A stretch of 64,000 bases of DNA, taken from Patescibacteria group bacterium. Lineage in GTDB: Bacteria; Patescibacteriota; Microgenomatia; UBA10105; UBA927. The translations under genes were made by a program, and so were the position numbers. Each line of letters opens with the position of its first letter. Positions within the stretch are counted from its first letter, which is position 1. Below the pieces are notes generated by a model. That model was given only the letters and a program-made list of their open reading frames with translations. It did no database searches and was not told the DNA's origin. Positions 18,589 through 27,984 of the stretch are shown here, one piece after another. The stretch spans positions 9,088 to 73,087 of the forward strand of contig JAMCTH010000010.1 in assembly GCA_023379025.1 (NCBI GenBank). The letters are read 5' to 3'.

Positions 18589-19074
18589 TCAATCCGACGG
18601 ATTGACAGCCTTTTCCCAGACTGTGTAGAGCGCCGACGCAATTTCATGATCAACAGCTTCGAAAGAACCCTCCGGGACCACCTGAGAAAGAAATCCGTTT
18701 ACTGCGACAAAAATTCCTAAGTATACGGTAGTTTGTCTTGTAAGTGAAGTGTCCCCTCCCGTTTTCTGCCACGCATCGAGAAGCGCATGATGAATCGTCT
18801 CAGGATGCAAATGTATTTCAGCTGTTTCCAGTCCGATCGGTTCGTCACCAACTAATGCCTCTCGCAAAACTCTGTGAAGATAAAGTTTTTTTTGCACCTG
18901 CAGTTCATCAGAGTCGGTCGGTCGGGCTGTTTCGTCTATTGCGACCGACGGTATAGACTCTTTTGGAAATCCCAAAATCTGAGCGGCAATGTCTGGCAAA
19001 CGAACAAGAGCAGAATTTATAGCGTCTATAACGGCCTCATCAAAAGGAAACGGTGTAACTGTGTCGTGATGCAT
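18589..19074 (-). CDS. hypothetical protein (upstream partner of NYN gene)
   Basis: 161-aa ORF with no recognised motif; lies in the same low-GC segment. Confidence 0.5.
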   Translation of the reverse strand: MHHDTVTPFPFDEAVIDAINSALVRLPDIAAQILGFPKESIPSVAIDETARPTDSDELQVQKKLYLHRVLREALVGDEPIGLETAEIHLHPETIHHALLDAWQKTGGDTSLTRQTTVYLGIFVAVNGFLSQVVPEGSFEAVDHEIASALYTVWEKAVNPSD

Positions 19075-19456
19075 AGAATTGACAAGCCTTTACGTCCGGG
19101 CCAAAAAATCACCTGAAAGCGAATTTACGTAATCTAAAGTTTTTTGGCCCCTTAAATCCCATAGTATATCACTGGCTCTCCAACTAGACAAGCTTACCGG
19201 ATGCGAGAGATACGGTTTTGACTCCAAAAAAAACATTGTGGCGGAAACCTGATTTTTTAGAATCGGGAAGCAAAAAATGCCGGGCTATGTTTGTGATATC
19301 CCGTCCTTCAAGTTCATATGTTGATGGGACCCCGAGAATTGCACTTCAGGAAGAAGGTACCGGCGGCCTAAATAAATTCAAAGCTAAGCTTTAAATTTGC
19401 TCCGCGGATATTCGAGAAACATGAATATCCAGCCGAAATTTTCCGCTTTACGTATT

Positions 19457-19487
19457 TGCTATCATGTAACGGAACATGATAGCAAAA
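19457..19487. repeat. 30-nt hairpin palindrome tgctatcatgt-aacgga-acatgatagca, copy 2 (intergenic)
   Basis: Second copy of the 8527-8556 palindrome. Stem can extend to 13 bp (tttgctatcatgt/acatgatagcaaa). Sits in the roughly 500-bp non-coding stretch 19075-19571. Confidence 0.7.
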
Positions 19488-19571
19488 AAGCGCGATCGCA
19501 AATACGGAAAGTACCGAAACAAAAAAGGGCTAAATAAACGGATCCATTACCTAGTAATCTTCCCTTTGAAA

Positions 19572-20009
19572 TTATCCCGGCCAGGAATATGACAGCATAT
19601 CGTTTAATTGTAATTCCTGCATTTCATCAAACGCATTGACAAAAATGACAAGCATCGGTATCCGCGATCGCCTCTGACTTTCGTATAAAAGCTGTTTACA
19701 CATGTGACACGAATAACAAAATCTGCCCTTCTTCAGTTTCTCATTACTGGTTACTGCAATCGCCATGATCTCCTGCTCGCCATGGGCCGCAGCGTGAGCG
19801 AGCGCGGCCTGCTCTGCGTGGAGTGTGAGGGAATAGGTGTCGGAAAAATATTGTGCTGATGAATACATATTGCCCTTTCGGGTTAAAACCGCCGCAGCAT
19901 ATACGGTCTCTGTGCCGTGTGGATACGGACGTTTTAAGGCAGCTCGCGCCTCGGCGATTAACTTCATCTTAATCTGAGGTGTAATCGATATCATGATTCT
20001 CTTATACAC
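19572..20009 (-). CDS. cdd: cytidine/deoxycytidylate deaminase-family protein
   Basis: 145 aa; HAEQAAL (H/C-A-E zinc motif) and CYSCHMCKQ (PCxxC) typical of cytidine deaminases. Confidence 0.75.
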   Translation of the reverse strand: MYKRIMISITPQIKMKLIAEARAALKRPYPHGTETVYAAAVLTRKGNMYSSAQYFSDTYSLTLHAEQAALAHAAAHGEQEIMAIAVTSNEKLKKGRFCYSCHMCKQLLYESQRRSRIPMLVIFVNAFDEMQELQLNDMLSYSWPG

Positions 20010-20057
20010 ATTGTGTGTTCATTCGTTGTTCCCTTCATATGGTTATATAGTATCAGG

Positions 20058-21029
20058 TCAAAGTTCTGATGATAACTCCGAAAGAAGCGCCAATGCTTCG
20101 GCGGGTGTCGTGGTCGCCATAAAGCGGACCCTCCAGTCCGAAGCGCCATGAAAGCCGTGTATGTAGAGCTTGTAAAACTTCTTGAGAATTGCATAACTCT
20201 TCCGGCTTCCCCATGTTTCCGCAAAAAGCGTAACATGCCGTTCCATGATGCGTATAAGCTCCCGCGGGGTTCCCTGATGGGGCGCCGGAGAACGGTCAAA
20301 CGCCCAGAGATTTTGAAAAATTCCCCGTCCGATCATGACACCGTCAACTTGATACCTCCCATACATCTCAAGTGCGCGACGCGCATCGCGGATATCGCCG
20401 TTGCCGATGATATTCGTCCGCACGCCCATCCGGTCACGGATCCGTACTGCGCGACCGATATCATCCCAATGGGCCGGAACATTCGACATCTCCCGGGCCG
20501 TCCTGCCATGAACGGTAAGTGCGTCGATCTCCTGTCCCAGAAGAAACGGGATCCACGTATCCGTTACCCGCGAACGGGTGCCGAGTCTGGTTTTGACGCT
20601 GACGGGGAGGGTCGTACCCGCGTCCCGAATGCCATTTTTCACGGCCCGGATCACGGAAGCCGCCGTTTCGGGTGTGTCGATAAGCGAAGCGCCGCAGCCG
20701 TTTTTCATCACCGTTTTGTCCGGACAACCCATATTGATGTCTATCCCGGCAAATCCCCGGCCCGCGACAAGCTTCGCGGCTTCATACATCACATCCGGAT
20801 TGTTTCCCCAGATTTGGGCAATGATCGGCGCTTCCGGAGGCGAAAAGAGAAGATTTTCCGAGACCGCATCACTGCCGCGGGACAGGAGTCCGTCAGCCGA
20901 GGTAAATTCCGTAAAAAACAGGTCAGGCTTGGCAGTACTCACGATGATCTGCCGGAATACGGTATCGGATACGCCCTCAAGCGGCGCCATGACGAGAAAC
21001 GGTTTGGGAAGCGCTTGCCAGATATTCAC
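20058..21029 (-). CDS. tRNA-dihydrouridine synthase
   Basis: 323 aa; MAPLEGVSD, FMN-binding TIM-barrel pattern (IDINMGCP, VKTRLG, HGRT). Confidence 0.88.
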   Translation of the reverse strand: MNIWQALPKPFLVMAPLEGVSDTVFRQIIVSTAKPDLFFTEFTSADGLLSRGSDAVSENLLFSPPEAPIIAQIWGNNPDVMYEAAKLVAGRGFAGIDINMGCPDKTVMKNGCGASLIDTPETAASVIRAVKNGIRDAGTTLPVSVKTRLGTRSRVTDTWIPFLLGQEIDALTVHGRTAREMSNVPAHWDDIGRAVRIRDRMGVRTNIIGNGDIRDARRALEMYGRYQVDGVMIGRGIFQNLWAFDRSPAPHQGTPRELIRIMERHVTLFAETWGSRKSYAILKKFYKLYIHGFHGASDWRVRFMATTTPAEALALLSELSSEL

Positions 21030-21111
21030 CGGGAAATTGTAACAGAAACATGCTTCTCACGCACATCATCAAATATGGAGGTTTAAACCTAATCAACCCG
21101 ACGGGTTGATT

Positions 21112-21846
21112 TTACTCGACTGGGGGGGCGCCGAATATGGTCACAACCGTGCCGGGATCGGATGGAGACGCGTACGTGGTCGGACCGGTCGATACCGGGT
21201 CTGCCCAGGCAAAGAGGAGCGCCGCGTCTTCGGGACGCATATTCACGCACCCATGGCTCATCGGATGGCCGAAATTATCGTGCCAGTAGGCGCCATGGAT
21301 ACTGTATCCCGCCGAACGCGGCACATCGGTACTGGCAAAAAACATGGTGTAGGGCACGTTATACAGGTTGTAGTACGTCCCGTCCGCGGGATTACCCCCT
21401 TCCATATGAGTATACCGGAGCTTAATCCAGATCCGGAAATCTCCGGTCGGGGTCGGATGCCATTTCCCGGTCGCGACCGGAAAGGTAAAAACAAGTTTCT
21501 GCCCTTCAAACGCCGTCAGCTTCTGGGTAGAAAGGTCAACATAGATGTGTTTTGGCTCCGTCGTCTCCCCGAGGACGCGTCCCGTTCCGGCGGGCAACCG
21601 GGCAAGGACGGACGGGTATGGGACAATTCTTCCCATGAACGTATTAGTCTTCCCTTCAACAAACGACCCGGACAGGTCGCCGACGCAGCTAATGGAATTG
21701 GCGCAAACAGAAGTTGCTATATTGTGCCTGATAACAAGGAGAAGTGCTATAGACAGCACCAGTGCCGTACCCAGAAGCAGTCCCCTGAAAAAACCGTGAG
21801 ATGAGGCAGACCGCCTCCGAATAGGTTTCATCCGTTTTCGTCTCAT
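21112..21846 (-). CDS. L,D-transpeptidase (YkuD domain) with N-terminal TM anchor
   Basis: 244 aa; catalytic HGCVNM motif near the C-terminus, preceded by SIHG. Confidence 0.85.
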   Translation of the reverse strand: MRRKRMKPIRRRSASSHGFFRGLLLGTALVLSIALLLVIRHNIATSVCANSISCVGDLSGSFVEGKTNTFMGRIVPYPSVLARLPAGTGRVLGETTEPKHIYVDLSTQKLTAFEGQKLVFTFPVATGKWHPTPTGDFRIWIKLRYTHMEGGNPADGTYYNLYNVPYTMFFASTDVPRSAGYSIHGAYWHDNFGHPMSHGCVNMRPEDAALLFAWADPVSTGPTTYASPSDPGTVVTIFGAPPVE

Positions 21847-21963
21847 ACATCCATAGTACGCAAGTTCCGGCGAAATGTGAAGCAGGCGTTCTTGTCTTGA
21901 CTTATACCCTATAGTATGTTATACTGCACCCTTCGTTTTCTCTTCAGGGCCAAACGTATACCT

Positions 21964-22593
21964 ATGCAACCGACAATCCTGACCGCCGTATTTGTCCTCC
22001 TTTTCGGCCCGGGCCGGCCCGTTACCGTGCCCACACCCAAGCCGCTTGCGTACCATGCCTTTTCTCTCGACGACCGCTACGGCAATACCTTCGTCAATAC
22101 GGTATTTAAGGATAACATTCTTCTGGCCGTTCGCTATACGACCGGAGGAGCAGTTAATCCGAATACCCTTAACTGGACAGCCATTCAAAAGCCGTTTACG
22201 GCAAGCCTGACGCTCCGGCCCGGGGAAACGTTTGCATTCCATGACAACGTCCTGCCCGAGTACCGGGGAAAAATAGCCAAAACCCCGGGCGTTCACTTTA
22301 CCTCTGCCGAAGGATTCAAGTCCGACGGCTATCTTGTGGGAGACGGTGTCTGTCACCTGGCTTCCCTTCTCTACTGGGTAGCACGGGACGCGGGACTTGC
22401 CGCTTATGCTCCGGTGCGCCACAACTTCGCGCCTATTGCGGATGTTCCGAAAGAGTACGGGGTCTCGATTTATGCCCTCGGTGACTCACGGGGAAGTGAA
22501 CTGCAGAATCTCTACATTACCAATACCAAACCCGAACCGGTTGTTTTCCGTTTCTCCTTCGACGGCACCAAACTCGGCATCACGGCTATCTAA
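21964..22593 (+). CDS. VanW-like protein
   Basis: Track ORF 21916-22593; ATG 21964 (MQPTILTAVFVLLF) gives a signal/TM then GDGVCHLASLLYW resembling the VanW GGGVCQ motif. Confidence 0.6.
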   Translation: MQPTILTAVFVLLFGPGRPVTVPTPKPLAYHAFSLDDRYGNTFVNTVFKDNILLAVRYTTGGAVNPNTLNWTAIQKPFTASLTLRPGETFAFHDNVLPEYRGKIAKTPGVHFTSAEGFKSDGYLVGDGVCHLASLLYWVARDAGLAAYAPVRHNFAPIADVPKEYGVSIYALGDSRGSELQNLYITNTKPEPVVFRFSFDGTKLGITAI

Positions 22594-23240
22594 CGGGGAA
22601 GCCCGGTAAAGGTCCGGGAAACGACATCATACCAATAGGGATTACTTCTCGACCCGTCGGGAAGGGAGGTAAACACATGGAGAAGCTCCGCATCATCCCA
22701 CCCCGTAACATCCCGGAGCGCCTTGCCGCTTACTTTATCATGAAAGTCAGCCGTCACATCGCGCGCCGTTTCGCCGCCGGGAAAGGGTTTGCCGTCCGCC
22801 CGATAGACCAATACGGCCGATTCCGAGGCGTAGATGTAGACATAGCTGTTATCCGGTGACCAGCTGTTTGGAGGAAGTGACAAACGCGCCGCCACGGGGA
22901 CAGAGGCCGTATAGAGGACAACCGCGTCCTTTCCCGAGATATCCGCATCACCGACCTCATACGTCGCGGACCCATTGCCCCGGGAAATCCGGGTCAGCAT
23001 AATCTGTTTCGTGCCGTCCGGCGAATGGACATTCTGGTGGAATATCTCGGGCGTGGGCACTGCCGTCGGCGTCGGGATCGGGAAACCCCGTGACCCTTTT
23101 ACATCGCTTCCTCCGGTGGCAAAGGTTGTGAGCGGCACGGAGGGTGATTTCTTTCCGAGACCATAAGCCCCTCCGAGAACGATCACTCCGAAAAAACCGG
23201 CGGTCAGAAATCCGGCAATGGTTTGACGCATACGTATCAA
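22590..23240 (-). CDS. membrane-anchored hypothetical protein
   Basis: 216 aa with N-terminal TM helix and Pro/Thr linker. Confidence 0.55.
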   Translation of the reverse strand: MIRMRQTIAGFLTAGFFGVIVLGGAYGLGKKSPSVPLTTFATGGSDVKGSRGFPIPTPTAVPTPEIFHQNVHSPDGTKQIMLTRISRGNGSATYEVGDADISGKDAVVLYTASVPVAARLSLPPNSWSPDNSYVYIYASESAVLVYRADGKPFPGGETARDVTADFHDKVSGKALRDVTGWDDAELLHVFTSLPDGSRSNPYWYDVVSRTFTGLPR

Positions 23241-23276
23241 GCGTAAAAAGAAACGTCGGAGAAGTCAAGAAGACGC

Positions 23277-23954
23277 TCAGTGCGTCGTGGCACTGCCTGA
23301 GGAAACAGGCGTCGGTGTCGGGGTTGTCAACTGGTAGGTAAAATGAAGGGTATACAGCTGCGTCACGCCGCTTACGGTGCTTTTGGCTTTGAGTTGGAAC
23401 GTCACCGGACCGTCTGCCAGACTTCCCAGACAGAGACTTTTATCCTGGGACTGCTCCTGCGAGAAACTTCCGCCGTTGACGCTATACGAAAGTGTCGTCG
23501 TACAGTAGCCCGTGCCGATCGTCTGGAGGGCGATACAGACCGGAGACACATCCGACACGGTCTGGCCTTCCGCCGGAAAAATGATCGTATACGGCTGGGG
23601 GTTTTCATTGCAGGCAACCGGAGTCGGCGTTGGAGTCGCCGGAAGCGTCCCCGTGACAGGAGGCGTTACGGCTGGCACTGCAGGAGAAGAGTTTCCTCCC
23701 GGAGTGGCCTGATTCGACGGGCCGCCGGTTATTTCTACCTGTATCGGGGTGGGCACCGGAGGCGCGGACGCTCTATCCGCTGCCTTTCTGGAGTTGGAAA
23801 TATTGATGAGGTTTGCGGTAATAACCGTGAGAAGCACGGGGATGGTAAGTGCTGCCACAAGAAAGTCGAGCGCGGACTTGCGCTCGGGTAACTTCCTTAA
23901 CCGTTGCCGCAATGCCTCAAGCTGTTCAAACATATAGATAAGAGTAGCAAACAA
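23277..23954 (-). CDS. membrane-anchored Pro/Thr-rich hypothetical protein
   Basis: 225 aa with TM helix, long P/T/A-rich linker, and a Cys-containing beta-rich C-terminal domain. Confidence 0.55.
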   Translation of the reverse strand: MFATLIYMFEQLEALRQRLRKLPERKSALDFLVAALTIPVLLTVITANLINISNSRKAADRASAPPVPTPIQVEITGGPSNQATPGGNSSPAVPAVTPPVTGTLPATPTPTPVACNENPQPYTIIFPAEGQTVSDVSPVCIALQTIGTGYCTTTLSYSVNGGSFSQEQSQDKSLCLGSLADGPVTFQLKAKSTVSGVTQLYTLHFTYQLTTPTPTPVSSGSATTH

Positions 23955-23982
23955 CGCATTTCCTGTTCAAGTTACCCATACC

Positions 23983-24534
23983 TTACCAATCCACAAGTAC
24001 ATACGTGTCTTCGGCAGTCTTTATGACAGAACTTAACCGCACCTGACCTGCAAAATAATCCGGGAAGCGGACCATCTCTGGAAATTCCGCCATAACCTGC
24101 TTACTACGCAGGACTCCTCGAAACATTGTTCTGAATCTTTCGACCACATCGTTCATTTCCAGAGCTGTACCCCCGTCGCCGCTGGTCACTATATCTTCCA
24201 ATGAAATACCATCAAGAAACGGGTATATCTGTGCCGGAAACCGTTGCCCCTGTTCATCCTCAAGTACCTGAAACTCCGCATCAATCACCAGATCACCCAT
24301 CTCCTGTTTGAGAATTTGGTAAAACAGCCGAGAAAACCGGACAACTTCGCCCGGGTCGGTGTTGCATAACTCCGGTCGGAATTCATCCACAATGGAATTG
24401 GTGATACGTTTTAATACGAAGGGCACGCCATTCCATTCAAACCCGTATCTGATACTCTGCTCGCCCTGAACCGGAAGCACCCGAACTCCACCGGCCTCCA
24501 ACTCAAGACTCCGGCCTCCATATTCGATGTGCAT
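23983..24534 (-). CDS. hypothetical protein
   Basis: 183-aa acidic ORF, no recognised motif. Confidence 0.5.
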   Translation of the reverse strand: MHIEYGGRSLELEAGGVRVLPVQGEQSIRYGFEWNGVPFVLKRITNSIVDEFRPELCNTDPGEVVRFSRLFYQILKQEMGDLVIDAEFQVLEDEQGQRFPAQIYPFLDGISLEDIVTSGDGGTALEMNDVVERFRTMFRGVLRSKQVMAEFPEMVRFPDYFAGQVRLSSVIKTAEDTYVLVDW

Positions 24535-24601
24535 GATACCGGGGAGTATAGCCTATCAGGACGTGCCAGGGCAACTTTTCTGGCCATCTGACAGATGGAT
24601 G

Positions 24602-26287
24602 TTATACCTCGTTTTTGGAACCTTTCTCTGCACCTGCCATTCCGTCTTCTGACGGAGTCTTTTTCTCCCATGGATTTGCCTCTATGGCAAGTCTCGGTAT
24701 GAGCAGTGACACGCATGCGCCGGCAAGCACAAATACGCTCGCAACGGAAAGGGCTGTCCTGGAAGCGGTCACGAACGCCTGATCACTGTCCGCCTTGAGT
24801 ATACGCGAGAGGGCCGGGTCCGTATCCGCAAATGCCGTAGCAAACTGCCTTCCTTCCGGAGAAATCGTTCCGAGCGTCCGGATGACGGCAGGTTTTGCAT
24901 CACCCGGAATCCGCCGGTCAGCCGCAATCCCGGCAGTCAGTGATGTGATAAGGGTTCCCGCAAATATTGTGCCGATAAGTGCACCCGAGAGGGTTGATCC
25001 TATCTGACGCATGGTTGCGCTTGAGGCCGAAGCCTCACCGGCGATATCAAGCGGCACTGATGAGATGATGATGTTCGTAAGCTGGGATGATGCAATACCA
25101 ATGCCCATGCCATAGAGGATAAACGCCGGGGCAAGAGTGAGAGCCGTACTCGTTGTGGAAAGGGACAGAATAAGGACGATGGTTCCGAGCGCGTAGACAA
25201 ACATCCCGATATTTACAAGCCACTTGGGGTTGATTTTTGTCGCAAGCATGCCGGAAATAGGCCCGAACAGAAACACGCTCAGCGACGCCGGTAAAAACGC
25301 TACCCCGGTCATAAAGGCATTAAGTCCCAAAACGTTTTCCAAAATTAAAGGCAACGTAAAAAAGATCCCGAATTGTCCGAGCGACACGATGGCCAGCGTC
25401 AAGAGTCCGAAGCTGAAACCCGGGCGGAGAAACATAGAAAGCCGCAGCACCGGGCTTCTCCCCTGCCGTTCAAGATGGAGTTCCCACCGGATAAAAAGAA
25501 GGAGGGATACGACCGCAATAACGATCATAAACGGAATCGGCGACAGCGTACCGAAACTCCAGGTCATCCCCGCAAACGAAAACGGTGCATTCTGAAACAG
25601 CCACCCGTACGTACGTCCTTCTATGAACGAGAAAACGAGGCAAAATAACCCGATGCCGGAAAGGAGCGTTCCCACCCAGTCAAACCGCTTCACATCATGA
25701 CTCCTGGATTCCTTGATGAATACGCTGCCAAGTATGGTAATGAGGGCAATGACCACATTGATCCGGAACGACCATCGCCAGGAAAAATACGCGGTGAGAT
25801 ACCCGCCGAGAAGCGGCCCGACGGACGCCGATGCTCCGGCAATCGCTCCCCAGATGCCGAACGCCATAGCGCGTTCCTTACCGCGGAATTCATAGGCAAG
25901 GATGGCAAGGGCGCTGGTCAGCATCATGGACGCACCGATAGCTTCGATGAACGCTTCTCCGGCAAACAGCATGAAGACGCTGCCTGACACCGAAGCGATA
26001 AAGGATCCGACAGCAAAGAGGCCGGTCCCCAAAAGGAATATTTTTTTCCTCCCGAACATATCCCCGAGTCTGCCCATGGTGATAAGAAGCGTCGCGATAA
26101 GGAGAGGATACCCGGATATCACCCACTGGATGGCCGCAAAGTTGGTCCGGAGCTCCCTGATGATATAGGGAATGGCTACGTTTAATACATTGTTGTCAAT
26201 GATAACGATGGCAAGCCCGAGCGCCACGAAGACAAGCGCGAGCCAACGGTTTTCATCGGTTGCCAAATTCGGAACGACGTGCTTCAT
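24602..26287 (-). CDS. MFS transporter (DHA2-like, 14 TM)
   Basis: 561 aa. Repeated hydrophobic helices, MFS motif A-like GRLGDMFGRKK, and a central extra helix pair typical of 14-TM drug/H+ antiporters. Confidence 0.85.
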   Translation of the reverse strand: MKHVVPNLATDENRWLALVFVALGLAIVIIDNNVLNVAIPYIIRELRTNFAAIQWVISGYPLLIATLLITMGRLGDMFGRKKIFLLGTGLFAVGSFIASVSGSVFMLFAGEAFIEAIGASMMLTSALAILAYEFRGKERAMAFGIWGAIAGASASVGPLLGGYLTAYFSWRWSFRINVVIALITILGSVFIKESRSHDVKRFDWVGTLLSGIGLFCLVFSFIEGRTYGWLFQNAPFSFAGMTWSFGTLSPIPFMIVIAVVSLLLFIRWELHLERQGRSPVLRLSMFLRPGFSFGLLTLAIVSLGQFGIFFTLPLILENVLGLNAFMTGVAFLPASLSVFLFGPISGMLATKINPKWLVNIGMFVYALGTIVLILSLSTTSTALTLAPAFILYGMGIGIASSQLTNIIISSVPLDIAGEASASSATMRQIGSTLSGALIGTIFAGTLITSLTAGIAADRRIPGDAKPAVIRTLGTISPEGRQFATAFADTDPALSRILKADSDQAFVTASRTALSVASVFVLAGACVSLLIPRLAIEANPWEKKTPSEDGMAGAEKGSKNEV

Positions 26288-26361
26288 AGAGCGTTTTTTA
26301 GACTGCCCCGCCTACCCTTTTCTCCGGGTAGCACAACTGAGATCTAAACCTGTACCGGAAA

Positions 26362-27552
26362 TTACTTCCCCTTTCTTCCGGAACGGGGAGAAGGATGGCG
26401 TGCAGAGGAGAGCATCCCGCCGAGTCCCCACATCACCGCAAGCGGTGTCAGGAAAAATCCGATAAGCGGTATATTGAACGCTATCCAGACAACCGGCACA
26501 CCGACGATCATCCGCAGTACAGGCGGGGCTTCCGGATTCCCCGACGCGAAAATCAGTTTTTTCCCGACGAGATACGCGACAAAAAGCCTGCTTACGGCGA
26601 CGGCAGCGGCAAAAAGGAGCACCAGGAGAAGGGAAATCGGTATACCGATGATCGTAAGCATCAGGAAGACGAGCGCTACCGGCGTAATGACGAGTAAAAG
26701 AAGTCCCGTAAGCAGAGTCCGTCCCGGTTCCTTTGTCATCCTGTCCGTGACGCTGTCCGTTTGCACCGGAAAAAATATCACAAGCAGAATCCCCATCCCC
26801 AGGGCGATGAGGATGCCGCTGATAGCACGAAACGGAGCGGCCGCGCGTGCCGTACCGGCAAGAAACGGCAGGTCCTTCCGGACGGACGCTTCTTTTTTCG
26901 GCAACTCGTGCCGTATGACGCCGTGGATAACCGTCGTCGGATCCGCGGTCAGAAGTGCCGGACTCACATACGTCACGCCTCCGGCAACCTGTGCATCCGG
27001 TCCGAACCGCAATGTTTGATCCGCAACCGTGATGTCGCGTCCGATCTGTCCGTTTATCGCAATACTTTCCCCTGCTCCGCCGATGTCCCGCCCGACCGTC
27101 CCGTCTATTACAAGATGCTGGGCGGCAAACAGGAGGTCGCCCGGAATTTTCGCTTCTTCCCGTATCGCCACGTTCTGTCCGAAAAGGAGTGCGTTTTTCC
27201 CGATGGTCCTGTCAAGCGACACCGTCTGCCCGGCCGCATGGATGTTTCCCGTCACCACTCCGTCAACCGTTACGTTCTGTCCGGCACACATGAGATCCCC
27301 GTCAACGGTCCCGCGGACAGTGACCTCCTGTCCGGCACACAGCACGTCGCCACGGACCGTCCCGTCGATGATGACGGAAGTGCCGGCGGCAACGAGCATA
27401 CCGTTAAGCGTCGTCCCCTTGGGAACCAGCACGTTCGGCGCACTCCTGAAATCCATCGCGTAAGCAGGAGACGACAGCATCAGAAGCACAGTTACTGCGA
27501 TGATAAAACTGAAAAGTTGTCCCAGGCGTTTCATATGGAAATATTGTATCAT
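26362..27552 (-). CDS. membrane protein with bactofilin-like (polymer-forming) repeat domain
   Basis: 396 aa. Signal peptide, then tandem G-x-V-x-G-D / VDG repeats (TVRGDVLCAGQEVTVRGTVDGDLMCAGQNVTVDGVV...), then four or more TM helices. Confidence 0.6.
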   Translation of the reverse strand: MIQYFHMKRLGQLFSFIIAVTVLLMLSSPAYAMDFRSAPNVLVPKGTTLNGMLVAAGTSVIIDGTVRGDVLCAGQEVTVRGTVDGDLMCAGQNVTVDGVVTGNIHAAGQTVSLDRTIGKNALLFGQNVAIREEAKIPGDLLFAAQHLVIDGTVGRDIGGAGESIAINGQIGRDITVADQTLRFGPDAQVAGGVTYVSPALLTADPTTVIHGVIRHELPKKEASVRKDLPFLAGTARAAAPFRAISGILIALGMGILLVIFFPVQTDSVTDRMTKEPGRTLLTGLLLLVITPVALVFLMLTIIGIPISLLLVLLFAAAVAVSRLFVAYLVGKKLIFASGNPEAPPVLRMIVGVPVVWIAFNIPLIGFFLTPLAVMWGLGGMLSSARHPSPRSGRKGK

Positions 27553-27558
27553 ACGGGT

Positions 27559-27981
27559 ATGTCGTGGTTACCGTATGCCCTACTCTCCGCGCTGTTTGCG
27601 GCCCTTACCGCAATACTTGCCAAAATCGGCATCAAGGGGGTTGACTCAAACCTCGCTACCGCAATCCGTACGGTCGTCATACTTCTCTTTGCCTGGGGAA
27701 TCGTCGCGACCCAGGGCACACTGTCACAGCTTTCATCCATTTCCCGGTTTTCCCTGGCATTTCTCGTGCTCTCCGGTATCGCGACAGGACTGTCATGGCT
27801 TTTTTATTTCCGCGCGCTCCAGTTGGGACAGGCTGCCCAGGTATCACCGATCGATAAACTGAGCCTCGTTATGACGATCATTCTTGCGGCAATTATCCTC
27901 AAGGAACGGGTGACCGTATCGATTCTCGTCGGAGCTACCCTTATGGCAGCCGGCGCGATCCTCGTCGGCTTTGTCAAATAA
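27559..27981 (+). CDS. small EamA/DMT-like 4-TM transporter
   Basis: Track ORF 26761-27981 is mostly antisense to the gene above; the real gene is the last 141 aa from ATG 27559 (MSWLPYALLSALFAALTAILAKIGIKG...), a single EamA domain. Confidence 0.65.
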   Translation: MSWLPYALLSALFAALTAILAKIGIKGVDSNLATAIRTVVILLFAWGIVATQGTLSQLSSISRFSLAFLVLSGIATGLSWLFYFRALQLGQAAQVSPIDKLSLVMTIILAAIILKERVTVSILVGATLMAAGAILVGFVK

Positions 27982-27984
27982 CGG

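Noticed and set aside
18399-18653. 84-aa ORF between the NYN gene and its upstream partner
   Set aside because: Arg/Ser/Ile-rich low-complexity product that overlaps both neighbours' ends. More likely a 186-nt intergenic spacer than a gene.
19075-19571. tmRNA / SRP RNA / RNase P RNA in the 500-nt gene-free stretch
   Set aside because: Looked for the tmRNA tRNA-like 3' end (…GGTTCGA…CCACCA) and an ALAA-type tag ORF, the SRP domain-IV GGAA/AGCAGG motif, and RNase P P4 sequences. None is present; a candidate tag frame reads ...EFI-stop, not ...ALAA.
26761-27540. Long 406-aa plus-strand ORF 26761-27981
   Set aside because: Most of it is antisense to the bactofilin-like membrane gene (26362-27552) and is Arg/His-rich nonsense. 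Only its last 141 codons (from ATG 27559) form a hydrophobic EamA-like protein, so only that part is annotated.
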